From a virus (lineage: Duplodnaviria; Caudoviricetes), in IMG/VR virus record IMGVR_UViG_3300005613_000108, positions 1-47,725 of that record: 47,725 bases of DNA; one strand, given 5' to 3'. The notes below the pieces were generated by a model that saw nothing but the letters and a program-made list of their open reading frames with translations, was not told the DNA's origin and searched no databases. Shown here one piece after another: positions 9,236 through 18,624 of this stretch. Made by a program: the position numbers and the translations under genes. The first letter of the stretch is position 1. Every line of letters begins with the position of its first letter.

Positions 9236-10351
9236 TCAGAATCCCAGTAGGTTCCGTGTCCACTCCGTGCCCCACACCTCTCGGATGTACGCCCGCAACG
9301 GTTCGGCATCGGGGGCGTTCCGAAGCCGCGTAATGTACTCGCCACACCGGGCCCGATACCCGGCCGGATCGACATTGTAGGCCGCCTCGCAGACCTTCGA
9401 TGTCCGCTCGACCATGATCCGCACAAGATGCTTGGTCGCGGGTAGCCACGTCTTGTCGCCCTGTTCGGCACACTGGCAGGCCACAAACGAATAGACCATC
9501 ATTTCGAGCACACGGATGTCGTCCACGTCGATTGCCGTTCGCGTTTCCGCCAATGCTTGCGTGCCGGCCAGGTAGGCCGACCATTCGTCCAGTAGAAACA
9601 GTGGGGAGGCGTTTTGGTCCACGAGAGGCAAGTGGTGGTATTGGGCCGGGACGTTAGCGGTACTCTGTGGAGCAATCACGTAACTCCAAAACCCACTGCC
9701 CTGCAACGACCGTGGAGTTGATGCTTGTACTTGCCTTAACGTCGTGGCCGGTTCATTCAGCAGGTACGCCTTCCCGCCACCCAGGTAAACGGCCGAATCG
9801 TACTTCCATTCATTTCGCGTCTGGCTATTGATGAAGTGCGTGGCGTAGTGGGCTTGACTGCCTGCCTCTGTCTCGCCGGTCGGTTTCTGGTTCCGAGCCA
9901 ATAGATCATTCAGCATCTGGCTATGTGTGTTGACCTGCCGGATTGCCGGCACCTTAACCGACATGAGCCCCGTCGCCTGTTGACCTACATCTGACTGTAC
10001 CGGCTCATTGACCGCACTGGTAATCTCCTCGACACCAAGGTATGCCCTAGACCGCCACCGCTTGCGCACCCACCGGAACCGAATCAACTGGGGAATCGAA
10101 CGCGACTTGCCCAGCAGGTGAGCGGCGAGGACCGGCAGCTTCGAGACGTTCACGATCCGGACAACGCCACGTCTGGCAAGCGCTCGCGGGATGCCGGCCG
10201 CAAGCACCTTGTGGCAAGCGGGGCAGTTGTCGCCGGTAACGAGCACGTAGAGCGGCACGCCGCGCGTCTTGGCCTCGTCCATGCCGGCCTGGTAGTCGGC
10301 TGGCACCGAGGCGAGAATCAGCAACGGCAGGAGCGGGATGGCGTGGAGCAT
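9236..10351 (-). CDS. secreted thioredoxin-fold protein with C-terminal zincin-like domain
   Basis: Signal peptide MLHAIPLLPLLILASVPA; VLVTGDNCPACHK (CxxC) and SIPQL (cis-Pro-like); AHYATHFINS...LLDEWSAY. Confidence 0.6.
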   Translation of the reverse strand: MLHAIPLLPLLILASVPADYQAGMDEAKTRGVPLYVLVTGDNCPACHKVLAAGIPRALARRGVVRIVNVSKLPVLAAHLLGKSRSIPQLIRFRWVRKRWRSRAYLGVEEITSAVNEPVQSDVGQQATGLMSVKVPAIRQVNTHSQMLNDLLARNQKPTGETEAGSQAHYATHFINSQTRNEWKYDSAVYLGGGKAYLLNEPATTLRQVQASTPRSLQGSGFWSYVIAPQSTANVPAQYHHLPLVDQNASPLFLLDEWSAYLAGTQALAETRTAIDVDDIRVLEMMVYSFVACQCAEQGDKTWLPATKHLVRIMVERTSKVCEAAYNVDPAGYRARCGEYITRLRNAPDAEPLRAYIREVWGTEWTRNLLGF

Positions 10352-10354
10352 CGG

Positions 10355-10765
10355 CTACACCTCCGGGGGAGCTTCAACCGTAGCGTTAGGCAAGGCTTCC
10401 GCCGCATCCAACAGCTTACGGAGAGTGCCACGATCCTCAGCGTTGGTCAGGAAAGCACCCTTCACGATCTTCCAGCCCAATCGCTTCAGCACGTTGACGA
10501 GGCCATCGCCTTTTAGGTCGGACAGCACTTCGCGTAACACTCGCCCAATCGAATCCTTGCCGATATAGTTGCCGATGATGTAGGCATTCAGCAGGCGATT
10601 GAGCGGCGTGATCTCCCACGTAGCGAGCTTTGTAAGAAGCTCTTGGGCCTCGGTTCGCCGCGATTCGCGCCGGCCCCATAACACAAGACCCAACGACACA
10701 ACGGCGAACACAATCGAGAAGACTGCTATGTAGTGGCTTACGGCCGGTGTTAGAAAATCAAACAT
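10355..10765 (-). CDS. N-terminally anchored membrane protein
   Basis: TM segment YIAVFSIVFAVVSLGLVLWG followed by RR. Confidence 0.6.
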   Translation of the reverse strand: MFDFLTPAVSHYIAVFSIVFAVVSLGLVLWGRRESRRTEAQELLTKLATWEITPLNRLLNAYIIGNYIGKDSIGRVLREVLSDLKGDGLVNVLKRLGWKIVKGAFLTNAEDRGTLRKLLDAAEALPNATVEAPPEV

Positions 10766-10795
10766 CGTAGTAGTCCTTCAGAACGGGAGTATTGG

Positions 10796-11233
10796 TTAGC
10801 CTTTGCCAACGCCGTAGTACAAAACAAAGCCAACAACCGCTGCCCCAATGGCACAAAGGACAACGACCAATGGATTGGTCCCGGACTCCTTCGCTTTCTC
10901 GGGCAGCGGGGGGGGCGCAGTGTTTTCCGCAATCCGGTTCAAGGCCGCCCCGACCGCCGGATCGGGTAGCACGTTGACTTGCGGCACTGCCGGTTGCACA
11001 TTGATCTGTGCACGCGGCTGGACCGGTTGAACAGGCCGGATGAACGGCCGCACGGGCACAAGCCGCCCGAGGAACGGGGCACTGTTGGTCCGCTGGGCCG
11101 ACGCTCGCCAGCCGGTGTTCTGCGGCACTTGGCAGGTGCCGTTCGGGCCGGGGATGCACTGCTGCCCTTCCGCGATTTTATCCAGGCATGCCATGAGCAG
11201 GATGGCCGCCACAATTACGAACAAGCGTTTCAT
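10796..11233 (-). CDS. exported Pro/Gln-rich protein with C-terminal TM anchor
   Basis: Signal MKRLFVIVAAILLMAC (possible lipobox), CIPGPNGTC, C-terminal TM LVVVLCAIGAAVVGFVLYYG. Confidence 0.6.
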   Translation of the reverse strand: MKRLFVIVAAILLMACLDKIAEGQQCIPGPNGTCQVPQNTGWRASAQRTNSAPFLGRLVPVRPFIRPVQPVQPRAQINVQPAVPQVNVLPDPAVGAALNRIAENTAPPPLPEKAKESGTNPLVVVLCAIGAAVVGFVLYYGVGKG

Positions 11234-11237
11234 GTCG

Positions 11238-11822
11238 TCACCTCGGGAGCTTCTTCCAGTAAAGCGTAAACAGGTACTCAGCGAACGCCGGGTCGGCCAG
11301 GTGGCCCGGCTCGGTCACGCAATCGGCTTGGTTCGGTCGCGGATCGCGGCCGCCGGCTCGGCAAGCCTTCGACACAGCCTGGCTACAGAACGGGGCCGAC
11401 CCGTTGAGGTTGTCGTCGGTCAGGGGGGGCAGCCACTTGGAAATGAACCGCGTGTGGCTCAGGGCACAACGGAACACGCTGCCCCAGCCGTAGTGCCGCC
11501 CGATCCCCTTCATCATCTCATGGGCCGCCTGGCCGCCGTTGTACGGCGGGTGAGGCCGGAAAACATCCCACTGGCTCGGCCACCCGCGAACGGCATCGGC
11601 GAGTGATTCGTCTCGGAAACCACGCCATTGCCGAGTATGGACCAGGCGGAGTTCCTCACCTTGCCAGACGGCCATGCCAGCGTGGACGTAATCACTCCCA
11701 CCGATCCGTGAGATGAGAAGATTGGATGGCTTCGTCCACTGCCGTGGGTCGATCCGCCACAAGATGGGATCGCCCGAGCGGATCAACGGCCGCGCGTCGC
11801 GGAAGAGCTTTGGATTGTTCAT
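11238..11822 (-). CDS. permuted papain-like NlpC/P60 (YaeF/YiiX-type) amidase, candidate lysin
   Basis: IRSGD.ILW, SDYVHAGM (His first), GRHYGW and FCSQAV (Cys later) give the permuted NlpC/P60 order. Confidence 0.75.
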   Translation of the reverse strand: MNNPKLFRDARPLIRSGDPILWRIDPRQWTKPSNLLISRIGGSDYVHAGMAVWQGEELRLVHTRQWRGFRDESLADAVRGWPSQWDVFRPHPPYNGGQAAHEMMKGIGRHYGWGSVFRCALSHTRFISKWLPPLTDDNLNGSAPFCSQAVSKACRAGGRDPRPNQADCVTEPGHLADPAFAEYLFTLYWKKLPR

Positions 11823-12277
11823 TACGGTCGTCCACTGAGTTCCGCGGTCAACTGTTCCTGAAGTGCCTTACGCTTTCTTGGCGCAAACTTCTTACCCCGC
11901 TCCTCCTCTTGGTCCTCGATCCGCCGTTCGACGATTTTTGGTGACACTTGATAGGGTTCATCCAATGGACCCTTTTCGGGCTCGCGCGGTTCAATGCCAA
12001 AGTCTTCGCTTCCCCAACCGCGTTGAAGCAGTTCTCTCTTGATGTCATCTTTTGAGTACACCACCTTCTGCAATTGGTGGCTGTAGAACCCCATTCCCCG
12101 GCGCTGCTCCTTGGCAGTCTGCTTGATAAACGTCGTACTCGTCTGAATGTGCGGCATCGAAAAACACCACTTCATTGGCTCGCCACACACTTGGCATGTC
12201 ACCTTCGGACGCTCACCCGCCGGGTGCATGATGTCGGCTACGTGCCCATTGCGGCATTCGTACTCATAAGTTGGCAT
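11822..12277 (-). CDS. FmdB-family zinc ribbon protein
   Basis: MPTYEYECRNGH...CQVCG; commonly found downstream of phage portal genes. Confidence 0.75.
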   Translation of the reverse strand: MPTYEYECRNGHVADIMHPAGERPKVTCQVCGEPMKWCFSMPHIQTSTTFIKQTAKEQRRGMGFYSHQLQKVVYSKDDIKRELLQRGWGSEDFGIEPREPEKGPLDEPYQVSPKIVERRIEDQEEERGKKFAPRKRKALQEQLTAELSGRP

Positions 12278-14192
12278 TTGGATTTCCCTCCGCACCGGCC
12301 GCAATCATTCCCGTCTCTGGCAACCGGCATTCACTAAACTCTGGAATGTCCAATAGCCTGCCAACCAAGCCCATTAAACTGTTGAACGGTCTTGGGTCTT
12401 GCGCCGCCATTTGTCCAAACAACGGCCCCGCTGCCTGCAAAATCGTATTTGCATCAGCACTCCGCTTCATGCGATTCTTCCTAGCGGAAGGACCGGCAGC
12501 ACAAGTGTAAGACAGGTCTGCCATCGCTTGTTCGCGATCATCGGTATTCACCAGCGTAGCCCAGAGGAACGACAGCGGACTGTTGGTAATGGCCTCGATC
12601 TCTTCCGAACTATCCAATTTATTGAGGCTGCTAAAATCAGGGATTGGTTCCCCAAACAACGGGGCCACGGTTTCCGGTAAAACGTAGAGCCTGGATGCCT
12701 GCCCCTCACGCTTGCAAATCTCCCCCTCCCAGTTTCGTACAATTTGCGCAAAGTCGTCCGGGCGGCTATTTAAGTGCGTTTCCGACGCTATCGTGGCCTC
12801 GGCGGATCGCTCCTGGGTAGCTGGAGCACCACCGTAGAATCGTGGGTCCAATCCGCTCGCCATCTCGAACTTGCGTTCAATGGTTGCCATGACGCCCATC
12901 GCATCATCCGGCAGCCCCGGCATTTCAAGCATGTGAACCAACTCGCGAATGTCCACCGCCTTCCCGTCAACCTCGATGACCGACAAGTCATCGTGTGAAA
13001 TCATCGCCTCCTTTAGCTTTGTCGATAACTCTTTCGACACGAGGGCCAGTGTCCTGCTTGTAACCGCCATCCGGCTCATCAGCCACGTATACGCGCGGTC
13101 AAGGTAAATCTGGTACGGCAGGGCAGCCTTCAGCGGAGGAATCGCCCAGGCAGATTCCGGGTCGGGGAGAAAATCAAGCACCGAATTAGGCCACGGCGTC
13201 ATTCGGTCAGCGTAGTAGGCGATGGGCCATTCCACCTGCGCTGCTAATTTCGACGGCCCTTCCGCTCCCTCGATTGACTGCCGGCTAATGTTCAAGGGAT
13301 GGTCTATACCCGGCATTACCGCCAGATACACATGCGGCCCCACTCCCTCCAGTAGCTCCCCAAACTCCTCGTACTCGTCTGGCCAATCCTGCAACCGCTC
13401 CCCGAATCCCATTCGCGAATAGACTTCATGGTAGGTGCAGATGTCCTTGTCTCGCTCTTCCTGGCTTGTGCCGCGGGCGTCGTACCACGCCTTGGCAAAG
13501 TTGCTTTGATACGACCCACGAAGCTGATCGGCGGTAATTCCCGATACCTTCCCAAATCGCTCAATGACCCTCCACACCTGCTGATGGCGTGTCCGAATGA
13601 TGTATCCGGCGTCTCGATACTGCTTGCAATCAGCATCAATCAACAGGTTGTCAACTGAGTCATACGAGGTCCGGGGAATCAACCCGTATGGTCCGTTTGC
13701 CATCTCGTGCCACACAACGGCCCGGCCCTTGACCAGCCCCTCCGGCAATGCGCTGCGAACCTCGCGATTCAAGTCATATTCGCCGGGCACGTAGTTCAGC
13801 CAGAACTCCATCAACCAGGCAACGGCTCTCTGTTGATCGCGAGCGCTGACTGAGCCGCCAAGCTGCATCACAAGTGCTTGAAGAAAATCCGGCAGCACGG
13901 GGAATCGCGGGGACACCGAGCGCTCTGAAATCTTCTCGTGGATGTGCGGCAACATGAGTTGCACGAACTCGGCCGACTTGGCGACACGAATCCGCGATGC
14001 CGCGTTGCCATCCATCCACTCATCGCCTTCACCTTCAGCCGCAATACCCAAGTCGCGATAATCGCGGGTGAAGTACCGCCAGAGAAGGTTGGCCGTTCGC
14101 CCAAACTTCTCTCTCCGATGGGCCTCACAGGTTTCCACCTGCTTCAGCCATAAGTTATTCACAGCGGCAAGCCAATCCATCTCACGCCTCAC
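12264..14192 (-). CDS. portal protein (long, P22-like size)
   Basis: 642 aa, two genes after TerL; motifs GLVKGRAVV, DNLLIDAD, MASGL....G....ERSAEA typical of portals. Confidence 0.75.
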   Translation of the reverse strand: MRREMDWLAAVNNLWLKQVETCEAHRREKFGRTANLLWRYFTRDYRDLGIAAEGEGDEWMDGNAASRIRVAKSAEFVQLMLPHIHEKISERSVSPRFPVLPDFLQALVMQLGGSVSARDQQRAVAWLMEFWLNYVPGEYDLNREVRSALPEGLVKGRAVVWHEMANGPYGLIPRTSYDSVDNLLIDADCKQYRDAGYIIRTRHQQVWRVIERFGKVSGITADQLRGSYQSNFAKAWYDARGTSQEERDKDICTYHEVYSRMGFGERLQDWPDEYEEFGELLEGVGPHVYLAVMPGIDHPLNISRQSIEGAEGPSKLAAQVEWPIAYYADRMTPWPNSVLDFLPDPESAWAIPPLKAALPYQIYLDRAYTWLMSRMAVTSRTLALVSKELSTKLKEAMISHDDLSVIEVDGKAVDIRELVHMLEMPGLPDDAMGVMATIERKFEMASGLDPRFYGGAPATQERSAEATIASETHLNSRPDDFAQIVRNWEGEICKREGQASRLYVLPETVAPLFGEPIPDFSSLNKLDSSEEIEAITNSPLSFLWATLVNTDDREQAMADLSYTCAAGPSARKNRMKRSADANTILQAAGPLFGQMAAQDPRPFNSLMGLVGRLLDIPEFSECRLPETGMIAAGAEGNPNANL

Positions 14193-14566
14193 GCATGAAC
14201 GGTTACAAGTTCATTCCGAATCTCGGCAATCTGGCGAGCCAACTCGCGGATTTGCGTCCGCGAATCCGCTTCCTTGCGAGTTGCATCCGCAAAGTCCCAA
14301 ACGCCGCTTTGGTCGCGGGTCTGGAGCACCTTCGGCTTCTCCGTCAGAACGGGGTCGCTCACATGAAAGCAATCAAAAAAGGCAACTTCCAGCCGCAGGC
14401 TTTCGGGGCTGAAAGCAATCACGTCCACCGCACTACGCTTGCAGTTGACGACAATCCCCAGGAGGGGCGATTTCATGTTTGGTTCGCGACTCACCTTGAC
14501 AATGGACCCTTGGGTTATCCCCGGCATGTGATACTTTTTGCGTGCTTCCGACAGCGCCATCATCAA
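14189..14566 (-). CDS. hypothetical protein
   Basis: RBS AAGGAG; GTGA overlap with the portal gene. Confidence 0.6.
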   Translation of the reverse strand: MMMALSEARKKYHMPGITQGSIVKVSREPNMKSPLLGIVVNCKRSAVDVIAFSPESLRLEVAFFDCFHVSDPVLTEKPKVLQTRDQSGVWDFADATRKEADSRTQIRELARQIAEIRNELVTVHA

Positions 14567-14589
14567 CTCCTTTACGCAAATGCTGCTGG

Positions 14590-16308
14590 TTAATGCACGC
14601 CGACGCGGAGGGTGCCATTCTGCTTAGATTGGCGACGGCGATAGTTCTCGTGGAAGTCGTAGATCGTGGTTTGCTCACGTTCGCGATATGTTACGGCCGG
14701 TTCCGGTACGCGATAGGGCAATCCGAAGCTCGCCCCGTACTCCAGACATTGCAATAGGTCTTCTTGGATGCCCTTACCCTTGGCCCTTTTGTTCTGACGC
14801 TTGGGATCGGTATGCGCTGACAAGATTTGCCGCTCCAGTTCCGGCAGTTGTCCACGGAACACTTGCAGCCTCGCCGTATCGGCAAACGGCCCCGCATCGC
14901 GGACTATCATCCAGGCCAATAGGGCTTCCTCGCGCGCCATCACGTCTCGCCCACCGGCATAGAAACCAGTCCCTTCGACCGGGCCAAAACTGCACGGCTC
15001 GATTCCAAGTTCCTTCAAGGCTTGCCAGTAATGTTCCGCACTACTCAGTTCCGGCCCCGGCGCGTGCTGTTGACCCATCTGGTTGTCAACGACAAACGCC
15101 TCAAACTTGTACGCTCCCTGCCTCTCCGCGATCATCGCCGCCCATTCCTTGGCGTGGGTGTTGCGAAGATCAAAACCGTCGTAGATGTAGATGTGATTCT
15201 CTTCTGGCGGCACGGCCGCGAACAACGTACCGCAGTGCTGCCTGCCGAAGTCAACCAGCACGTAACGCGCGTATTCTGCTTCGGGAATGAGGAACGGTTC
15301 GCAACCATGTACGCCCATCGGGCGGAAGTGGCTGTAAATCCATCGCTGCATAATGTTGTAGACGCCAAAGTACCGAACTGCTCGCTTCTCTTCCGTCTGC
15401 AAGGACTCGTAGAAAATCCTCCGCTCCTCTTCGGGAATGTGAGGATTCTTCTCGATTGGCGCGCTGAACGCATCGACCCACGACTCACCCTTCAGCCCGG
15501 CTTGCGTCAAGTCGAAGAACTGCCGGGATATGTCCTGCGAGGTAGCGGACCAGAGCGCCTTGGGCCGATGCTTTGGTGTCTCGGTGGCCAGGCCAACGCA
15601 CCCTCGATTCACCTCGTCAAAGTGATCCTCGCGTGACAACTGTTCGTCAAGCCAACCGTGGTTGTAGTGTTCGCCCCGTTCTGGATCGGAGTTGCCCGAG
15701 CGAAACAGCGCCTTCCACCCACTCGTAAAGTAAGCTCGCCGTGGCACTCTCTTGCGCTTGTCTTCCCAGGCCGGCTCGCCGATTATCATTCGTGGAGGAA
15801 TCAGCGGAGGGGCATCTCGCCACTTTTCGCGGTATGCTTCGTCGTAAGGGTCGATCCGACCAGGGTTCTTCGGGTCCGGTCTGACTGCCCGCCACAATCC
15901 GGTATGTTCATCACGGATGATCGAAAACTGACCTTCCTCGGTAAGCGTGGCCCAGATTCGAGCGATGTTGTCCAGGTCGTTCGAGATGACAATGGCGTTC
16001 CCGTTGCGGCGAACGTACTTGTCATAGGGATCGGTTCCGGTCCATGCCCGTGCCGCTTCACCGGCACACGCCATTGACTTGCCGCCCCTATTCGGGCCGT
16101 CGATTGCGCGCCATCGCTTGGTAGAAGCGTGAAACGCCTCCAAATGAGGAAGAGACAAGTACAACGCCAAACCCTCGCACTTCAATGCGTGGAGTCGCTT
16201 CAGCGCCAGTACCAGACCGGCCTGGTAAGCACGATGGGGCGCACGAGCGCTGTCGGGTTCATAGCCCCGCAACGCAGCCGCCAGGCTTTCAACTCGCAGT
16301 GTCCCCAA
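14590..16308 (-). CDS. terL: terminase large subunit
   Basis: Walker A GPNRGGKS, Walker B GWLDEQ, coupling motif WSAT, nuclease acidic residues VLVDFG and EDLLQCLEY. Confidence 0.9.
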   Translation of the reverse strand: MGTLRVESLAAALRGYEPDSARAPHRAYQAGLVLALKRLHALKCEGLALYLSLPHLEAFHASTKRWRAIDGPNRGGKSMACAGEAARAWTGTDPYDKYVRRNGNAIVISNDLDNIARIWATLTEEGQFSIIRDEHTGLWRAVRPDPKNPGRIDPYDEAYREKWRDAPPLIPPRMIIGEPAWEDKRKRVPRRAYFTSGWKALFRSGNSDPERGEHYNHGWLDEQLSREDHFDEVNRGCVGLATETPKHRPKALWSATSQDISRQFFDLTQAGLKGESWVDAFSAPIEKNPHIPEEERRIFYESLQTEEKRAVRYFGVYNIMQRWIYSHFRPMGVHGCEPFLIPEAEYARYVLVDFGRQHCGTLFAAVPPEENHIYIYDGFDLRNTHAKEWAAMIAERQGAYKFEAFVVDNQMGQQHAPGPELSSAEHYWQALKELGIEPCSFGPVEGTGFYAGGRDVMAREEALLAWMIVRDAGPFADTARLQVFRGQLPELERQILSAHTDPKRQNKRAKGKGIQEDLLQCLEYGASFGLPYRVPEPAVTYREREQTTIYDFHENYRRRQSKQNGTLRVGVH

Positions 16309-16711
16309 CGATCAACTCCCGTGTAGTGGCCATGACTTGCTCAATCACAACGGTTTTCAGGCCACACTTTTCCAATGCTGCACGAAAGTACCTATCCAGA
16401 AGAACGACGATTTGTCCTTCCATGTCTTCCACGGTGGCTTCCGCCGCCGGCTGGTCAACGGCCCCGAAGTGCTGAATCCACTTCACCAGCATTTCGAGAT
16501 ACTTTAGCCGCGTGGGAGAATTGGACTTGGTACTGTCGTACTCTTCCTTCATGTGTTTGGCGATCTTCTCCACACCGCCGAACTCACGCACCAACGCCAA
16601 CACCCATCGCTTCTCGCTGAGAAGCGAATCTTCTTCGGCCGTAAGTTCCCCCAAATCGCCAAGCGACTGAATCTCGTCGTCGTTTGGATCAATGGATGAA
16701 ACCATGTGCAT
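16289..16711 (-). CDS. probable terminase small subunit
   Basis: 140-aa helical protein overlapping the start of terL. Confidence 0.5.
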   Translation of the reverse strand: MHMVSSIDPNDDEIQSLGDLGELTAEEDSLLSEKRWVLALVREFGGVEKIAKHMKEEYDSTKSNSPTRLKYLEMLVKWIQHFGAVDQPAAEATVEDMEGQIVVLLDRYFRAALEKCGLKTVVIEQVMATTRELIVGDTAS

Positions 16712-16712
16712 A

Positions 16713-16746
16713 AGGCGGGCCTGAGTTATTTCACCCAGACCCGCCT
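16713..16746 (-). terminator. hairpin between cement gene and terS (weak terminator or attenuator)
   Basis: Minus strand AGGCGGGTCTGGGT-GAAATA-ACTCAGGCCCGCCT, without a real U-tract. Confidence 0.5.
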
Positions 16747-16767
16747 GATCGAGTTGTCAAAGCGCCG

Positions 16768-17331
16768 TTAGCCAAGCGCCGGAGGCATGGCCAGGTTGCC
16801 CGCCATGTGGACCACCACGGCCGTAGCCTCGGCAGTGGTAGCGGCATCCAGGGTGCCGGCAACGAATTGACCGGCAGTGCTGGTGGCGGCCTGAACGTAC
16901 CCAGACGCATCGCTGGATACGGCCACGCCCTGGGCCAAGCTGACACCTGTTGCCCCGGTGTTCACGTACACCGGACCCGCGAGAACCACCAGGAACACAT
17001 CATGTTCCGCGATGGACTGTCCCACGGTGTAGGCGTCGTCCATGGCCACGACGATTCCGCCGGCTGCATCGTTGTAGCCGGCCGATACGCGCCCGAAGTT
17101 TAGCGCGCTGGTGGCAAACTTCAGGAATCGTCGAGCAACGGTTAAGGCACCGCCGCTCTCGTTTTTGACTGGCATCAGGGTGACGAGTCGCCCCGTGCCA
17201 TGAACTGTGTCGAGGACTTGGAAGGGCACGCCGCACTGACCAAGGTAGCTGGTCGCGTCCAGCGTAAGACCGGTCAAGCCAGTATCGCCCAGCGTATATC
17301 CCCGAGCACAGGGAATGCACGAATTGTGCAT
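16768..17331 (-). CDS. capsid cement/decoration protein
   Basis: 187 aa, G/A-rich, beta-rich (FLVVLAGPVYV...GVAVSSDASG), immediately after the MCP gene; RBS AAGGAG. Confidence 0.65.
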   Translation of the reverse strand: MHNSCIPCARGYTLGDTGLTGLTLDATSYLGQCGVPFQVLDTVHGTGRLVTLMPVKNESGGALTVARRFLKFATSALNFGRVSAGYNDAAGGIVVAMDDAYTVGQSIAEHDVFLVVLAGPVYVNTGATGVSLAQGVAVSSDASGYVQAATSTAGQFVAGTLDAATTAEATAVVVHMAGNLAMPPALG

Positions 17332-17363
17332 AGGTTACTCCTTTTTTCTTGTGAACGTAACGG

Positions 17364-18455
17364 TTAGCTACCGGCGGTGATGGCTTCGAGCTTGACGAAG
17401 AACGACGGAGCCTCAAACTTCATCTGCCCAAAAAAGTAGGCCGCGTAGAGGTCGTCGAGCGATTCGATCTTGTGGTCGCGCTCATAGGCGACGAGCTGGT
17501 CTTCCATGCAGTGAAGCTCCAACTTGTCCCACGGGAACATATACCCAACACCCGAGGGTACTGAGTATTCGTGGGCGATTTCCAATCCCTCCCAGTTCCA
17601 GGTCTTGAACCCGACCTGGGTGAGCTTGGTGTTGCTGCTGGCCACGAATCGCTCATTCGTCCGCAGCGAATCCTTGGCCTGTCGCCAAAGGTCCGTGTCC
17701 AGCACGCAGATGTCCGGGGTTACGCCTTGCAACCGCCCCAAATACGCAATGCCGTAGTTGAGGGCTAACTGCCAGGTGTACCGCCACGTTGCGGCAGTCG
17801 CCCCTTCGGACGACGCCCAGACCGCGGCCTGGTAGTCAACGTCCAGAGGAGACCAGGCGCAGTAATCGGTGTCACCCGAACCCGCCGGGAACGTGCCGGA
17901 CCAGTCGCCGCCAAGGTCGCCGAGGTCGGTATCCTGACCGGCGTAGGTGTCATTTGGATCACCGACATAGCCACCCGAGATCAGGCCGTCATCGGCGAAC
18001 ATGGACTCAAAGCCCATCAGGTCTTGGGTGTAGGTGCCACCATCGGTGTAGATTTTCGTGGCGAGATCGTCCACAAAGTCATTACCTTGTGTCTTCACCA
18101 CGTCCTCGACCAGATTCCACTGCTGCCACTTGCCCTGGCGGTTGGCCAGCTTGTCCAAGTGCGTAACCTTGTCGCCAAGGTTGTAGCTGATCCAGTCCAA
18201 GCTGACCTTCATCTTCAGGTTGCGGCTGGGAAAGCTGATCGAGACGTTGTAGGGGTCAACCGCCTGGATTGACCGCCGACGAATACGCGGCTTCCATTCA
18301 AGCCGCTTACCGGAGTTCTGTGCTCCGTAGCTGATGCAGCCGTGTGCCTTCATCCCGCCGAAGATCACGCTCCGTCGGAAGATCGGCTCGACGGCAACGT
18401 CGAGCATGTTATTGAGTGTGCTCAGTTCGAGCACAGCGCTAGGAGTAAATGCCAT
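17364..18455 (-). CDS. major capsid protein (HK97 fold)
   Basis: About 363 aa after the scaffold gene. G..LEW, backbone helix NLVEDVVKTQGNDFVDDLATKIYTDG, PDICVLD, WEGLEI.HEYSVPSGVGY, C-terminal FFGQMKFEAP. Confidence 0.85.
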   Translation of the reverse strand: MAFTPSAVLELSTLNNMLDVAVEPIFRRSVIFGGMKAHGCISYGAQNSGKRLEWKPRIRRRSIQAVDPYNVSISFPSRNLKMKVSLDWISYNLGDKVTHLDKLANRQGKWQQWNLVEDVVKTQGNDFVDDLATKIYTDGGTYTQDLMGFESMFADDGLISGGYVGDPNDTYAGQDTDLGDLGGDWSGTFPAGSGDTDYCAWSPLDVDYQAAVWASSEGATAATWRYTWQLALNYGIAYLGRLQGVTPDICVLDTDLWRQAKDSLRTNERFVASSNTKLTQVGFKTWNWEGLEIAHEYSVPSGVGYMFPWDKLELHCMEDQLVAYERDHKIESLDDLYAAYFFGQMKFEAPSFFVKLEAITAGS

Positions 18456-18498
18456 GTTGGTCACTTCCACCTGGATTGCAAAAGATTATCCTGGAGGT

Positions 18499-18521
18499 CG
18501 TGGAGGATGGCGTGGAGGATG
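18499..18521. repeat. direct repeat CGTGGAGGATG x2 in the scaffold-MCP intergenic region
   Basis: Copies at 18499-18509 and 18511-18521; further TGGAG copies at 18492 and 18533. Confidence 0.8.
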
Positions 18522-18624
18522 TACGATTTTGGTGGAGAAAAATGGTAGGGCTCGGGTCCAGGGCGGAGTATCCTCGCCCTACCGATTACCAGCAGCCCTC
18601 CACAAACCGCCGGCAATTTTATCG

